In this document: positions 62,259 through 64,000 of the stretch, in pieces
Position numbering within the stretch: position 1 is the stretch's first letter
Layout of the letters: each line of letters begins with the position of its first letter
Assembly: GCA_964187785.1 (NCBI GenBank)
Contig: OZ076411.1
Location: 15,376,001-15,440,000 of the forward strand
Length of the DNA stretch: 64,000 nucleotides
Direction of reading: 5' to 3'
Source of the DNA: Amphiscolops sp. MND2022
Lineage: Eukaryota
Translations under genes and position numbers: made by a program
Notes under the pieces: model-generated
Told to the model about the DNA's origin: nothing
Seen by the model: the letters and a program-made list of their open reading frames with translations, nothing else
The model's database searches: none

Positions 62259-62694
62259 GGCACTTTTTAACAGTAGTGAGGTTACTACTATAAAATTTTT
62301 ATCTCCGCTTAGTGTTGTGCCAGCTAAGCTGCCGGTTTGATGTTATGGCTTGCCTTTTCTACGGCCTTACCACGGATCCTCAGCTCTACTCAAACAATAC
62401 GAAACTACAAAACCTATACCATTCTTAGGCACGTTTTAACAGTAGTGAGGTTACTATAAAATTTTAACCTCCGCCTAGTGCAGTGCCCACTAAGCTGCCG
62501 GTTTGATATTACGGCTTGCCTTTTTACGGCCTTACAACGGATCCTCGAATATAGAACATAAAGGAAATAAAATAACTAAAATATTTTTCGGCACGTTTCA
62601 ACAGTAGTGAGGTTACTACTATAAAATTTTAACCTCCGCTTAGTGCAGTGCCCACTAAGCTGCCGGTTTGATATTACGGCTTGCCTTTTTACGG
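62259..62694 (+). repeat. Three ~105-123 bp direct repeats separated by 46- and 43-bp non-repeated spacers
   Basis: Copies 62259-62381, 62428-62546 and 62590-62694, each with several internal stems. Confidence 0.9.
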
Positions 62695-62699
62695 TCTCT

Positions 62700-64000
62700 A
62701 CTAAACACACACTCGTTTCAATGCAATGTGGCACCAGAAAACTTAGAAGTCGTGCGAGCGTAACTTTATACACTAAACACTTTCGCCGCACTATAAACGC
62801 CACTATGTGCTGTGTGAAACACCAGAGTGAAGAATGGCATTGTGGTCATCACGATCATTCCAGTATGTCAATCCTACACAACGGAATCACTAGCGATCTC
62901 TCCCTGTCACCCGATGGTTCTCCCCTGCCCTCTGGAACAACTTGGCTGCGAAACAACGTCATTGGACCCGTACGCCTATACATGGGCAGAGCCAGATAAC
63001 TGCGTGCTCGCAGTACACAGGAAAGAAATAGTGAATATGATCAAACACGGCTCTAACTACTATATAGTTAGCGGCAACGACTCCACTACAAAGTTCCTTT
63101 TCGAAATATACAAAAGGCCACAGAAATACTGCAACAAACCCGATGATGTATACCCTACCAATTACGAATCCCTCTACGTTTCGGTCCAATTTGGTGGTTT
63201 CGACATGACATCTGGTAGACGATTAGGCATATCCATGGGAGAAACCTCCAAACTTCAAAATTACTCACCTGACGATGGTTCTGGTAATGGCCGACTCCAC
63301 CTCTTCAGAGGACCTAGCGACTCCAACCCTAATACACCACATTATCTCAACATGGATTACGAGCTCCACCGAGGAACAAAGTTAGATTATCTCTTCTTTG
63401 AGAGCACCCGCTTACTCGAAGCTTCAGAAATCCAGCTACTGAAAGCTCAATGTGAACAAGAACGAACACAAATCCTCACTATCTTGATGTTATCCATGGA
63501 AAACCCACGACTCACCGGATACCTGCTCACGGGAAATCGCTCAATGTTCCTGAATACAGATGGTAGCCTAGCATGGCTCTACCACTGCCCGGAATCCCAC
63601 TCACCTCTTCACACGATGAACCAATCCTACGACCGCATACCCATCTTCTACAAAGTGGTTGCCTTCGTGGACCACATCACCCGACAGACTTATCCTAATG
63701 CGAACGTGCAAAATTGCAGCGATCGCATTAAGAACCTCTTCCAACTGGACATGGAAGACTAAGACTCCTGGTTTACCCCTACTCCTTCACCCGAACATCG
63801 CGACCGACCTGCTATCTTCGGACCGAAGGACATCCAACCAATGATCACCAGATCCTTTCCTGGATCACAAGACGCAGGAATGTACACGCCGAAACAACTC
63901 TCGGAATTTTGGGATAACATCCTCATCAGCGCAGCTTCAAGAAATGCCCTCCAGAAATTTTCACGAGAGCTCATCATACCTTCGATGGTCCATAGCGGAC
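62700..64000 (+). pseudogene. env: Cys-rich class III (herpes gB / chuvirus G-like) fusion glycoprotein, truncated by the window end
   Basis: QCNVAPENLEV..VTLYTKHFRRTINATMC..WHCG; CEQERTQILTILMLSMENPRLTGYLLTG; LYHCP..YDRIPI; GMYTPKQL. Frameshifts and an in-frame TAA at 63760. Confidence 0.7.

Larger units (their letters stand above)
49549..64000 (+). mobile_element. Decayed env-bearing Ty3/Gypsy LTR retrotransposon (element B), running off the window end
   Basis: Order gag-PR-RT-RH-IN-accessory ORFs-env. The 5' boundary is inferred from homology with element A; the 3' LTR is not in the window. Confidence 0.93.

Noticed and set aside
62277-62300. let-7-like miRNA (TGAGGTTACTACTATAAAATTT)
   Set aside because: The seed differs from let-7 (GAGGTTA vs GAGGTAG) and there is no long pre-miRNA hairpin.
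62259-62694. CRISPR array (repeat-spacer-repeat look)
   Set aside because: Repeats exceed 100 bp, there are only three copies, no cas genes are present, and the context is a eukaryotic retroelement.
62259-62694. Known self-cleaving ribozyme
   Set aside because: No CUGANGA/GAAA pair; no room for HDV P3/L3; no twister L4 AAGC loop; no pistol core on either strand.
1-64000. Species assignment
   Set aside because: The retroelement style suggested an acoel-like invertebrate to me, but this cannot be supported without a database search.

Overview
AT-rich invertebrate animal DNA with spliceosomal introns; the species cannot be named from sequence alone. 1-22.7 kb is host sequence on the + strand: an unidentified multi-exon gene, then ATP6V1F, SAMM50, MRPL21, CMC1 and NSMCE2, with MITEs, a 167-bp palindrome, a tRNA-like relic and a degenerate ~190-bp tandem array. 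All five recognisable genes have a splice acceptor upstream of the ATG (4-10 nt in four of them), suggesting SL trans-splicing and possibly an operon. 22.8-64 kb is transposon-derived, in three parts. (A) A gag-pol-less relic of an LTR element, 22.8-25.1 kb. (B) A tandem array of three ~7-kb chimeric units plus a partial fourth (26161-48899), each joining a PIF1-helicase relic to the leader, gag and protease of a Ty3/Gypsy element. (C) A long, decayed Ty3/Gypsy element from ~49.55 kb past the window end. It has a 49-bp leader array, gag, a -1 frameshift site, protease, a TARG1/Poa1p-like macrodomain, RT, RNase H and integrase. These are followed by several accessory ORFs, a triplicated structured repeat and a probable class III (gB/chuvirus-like) env. 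One accessory ORF is antisense and is conserved with mostly synonymous changes in relic A. This complex-retrovirus-like architecture is the best candidate for an undescribed system. All family assignments are by-eye motif comparisons; no searches were run.
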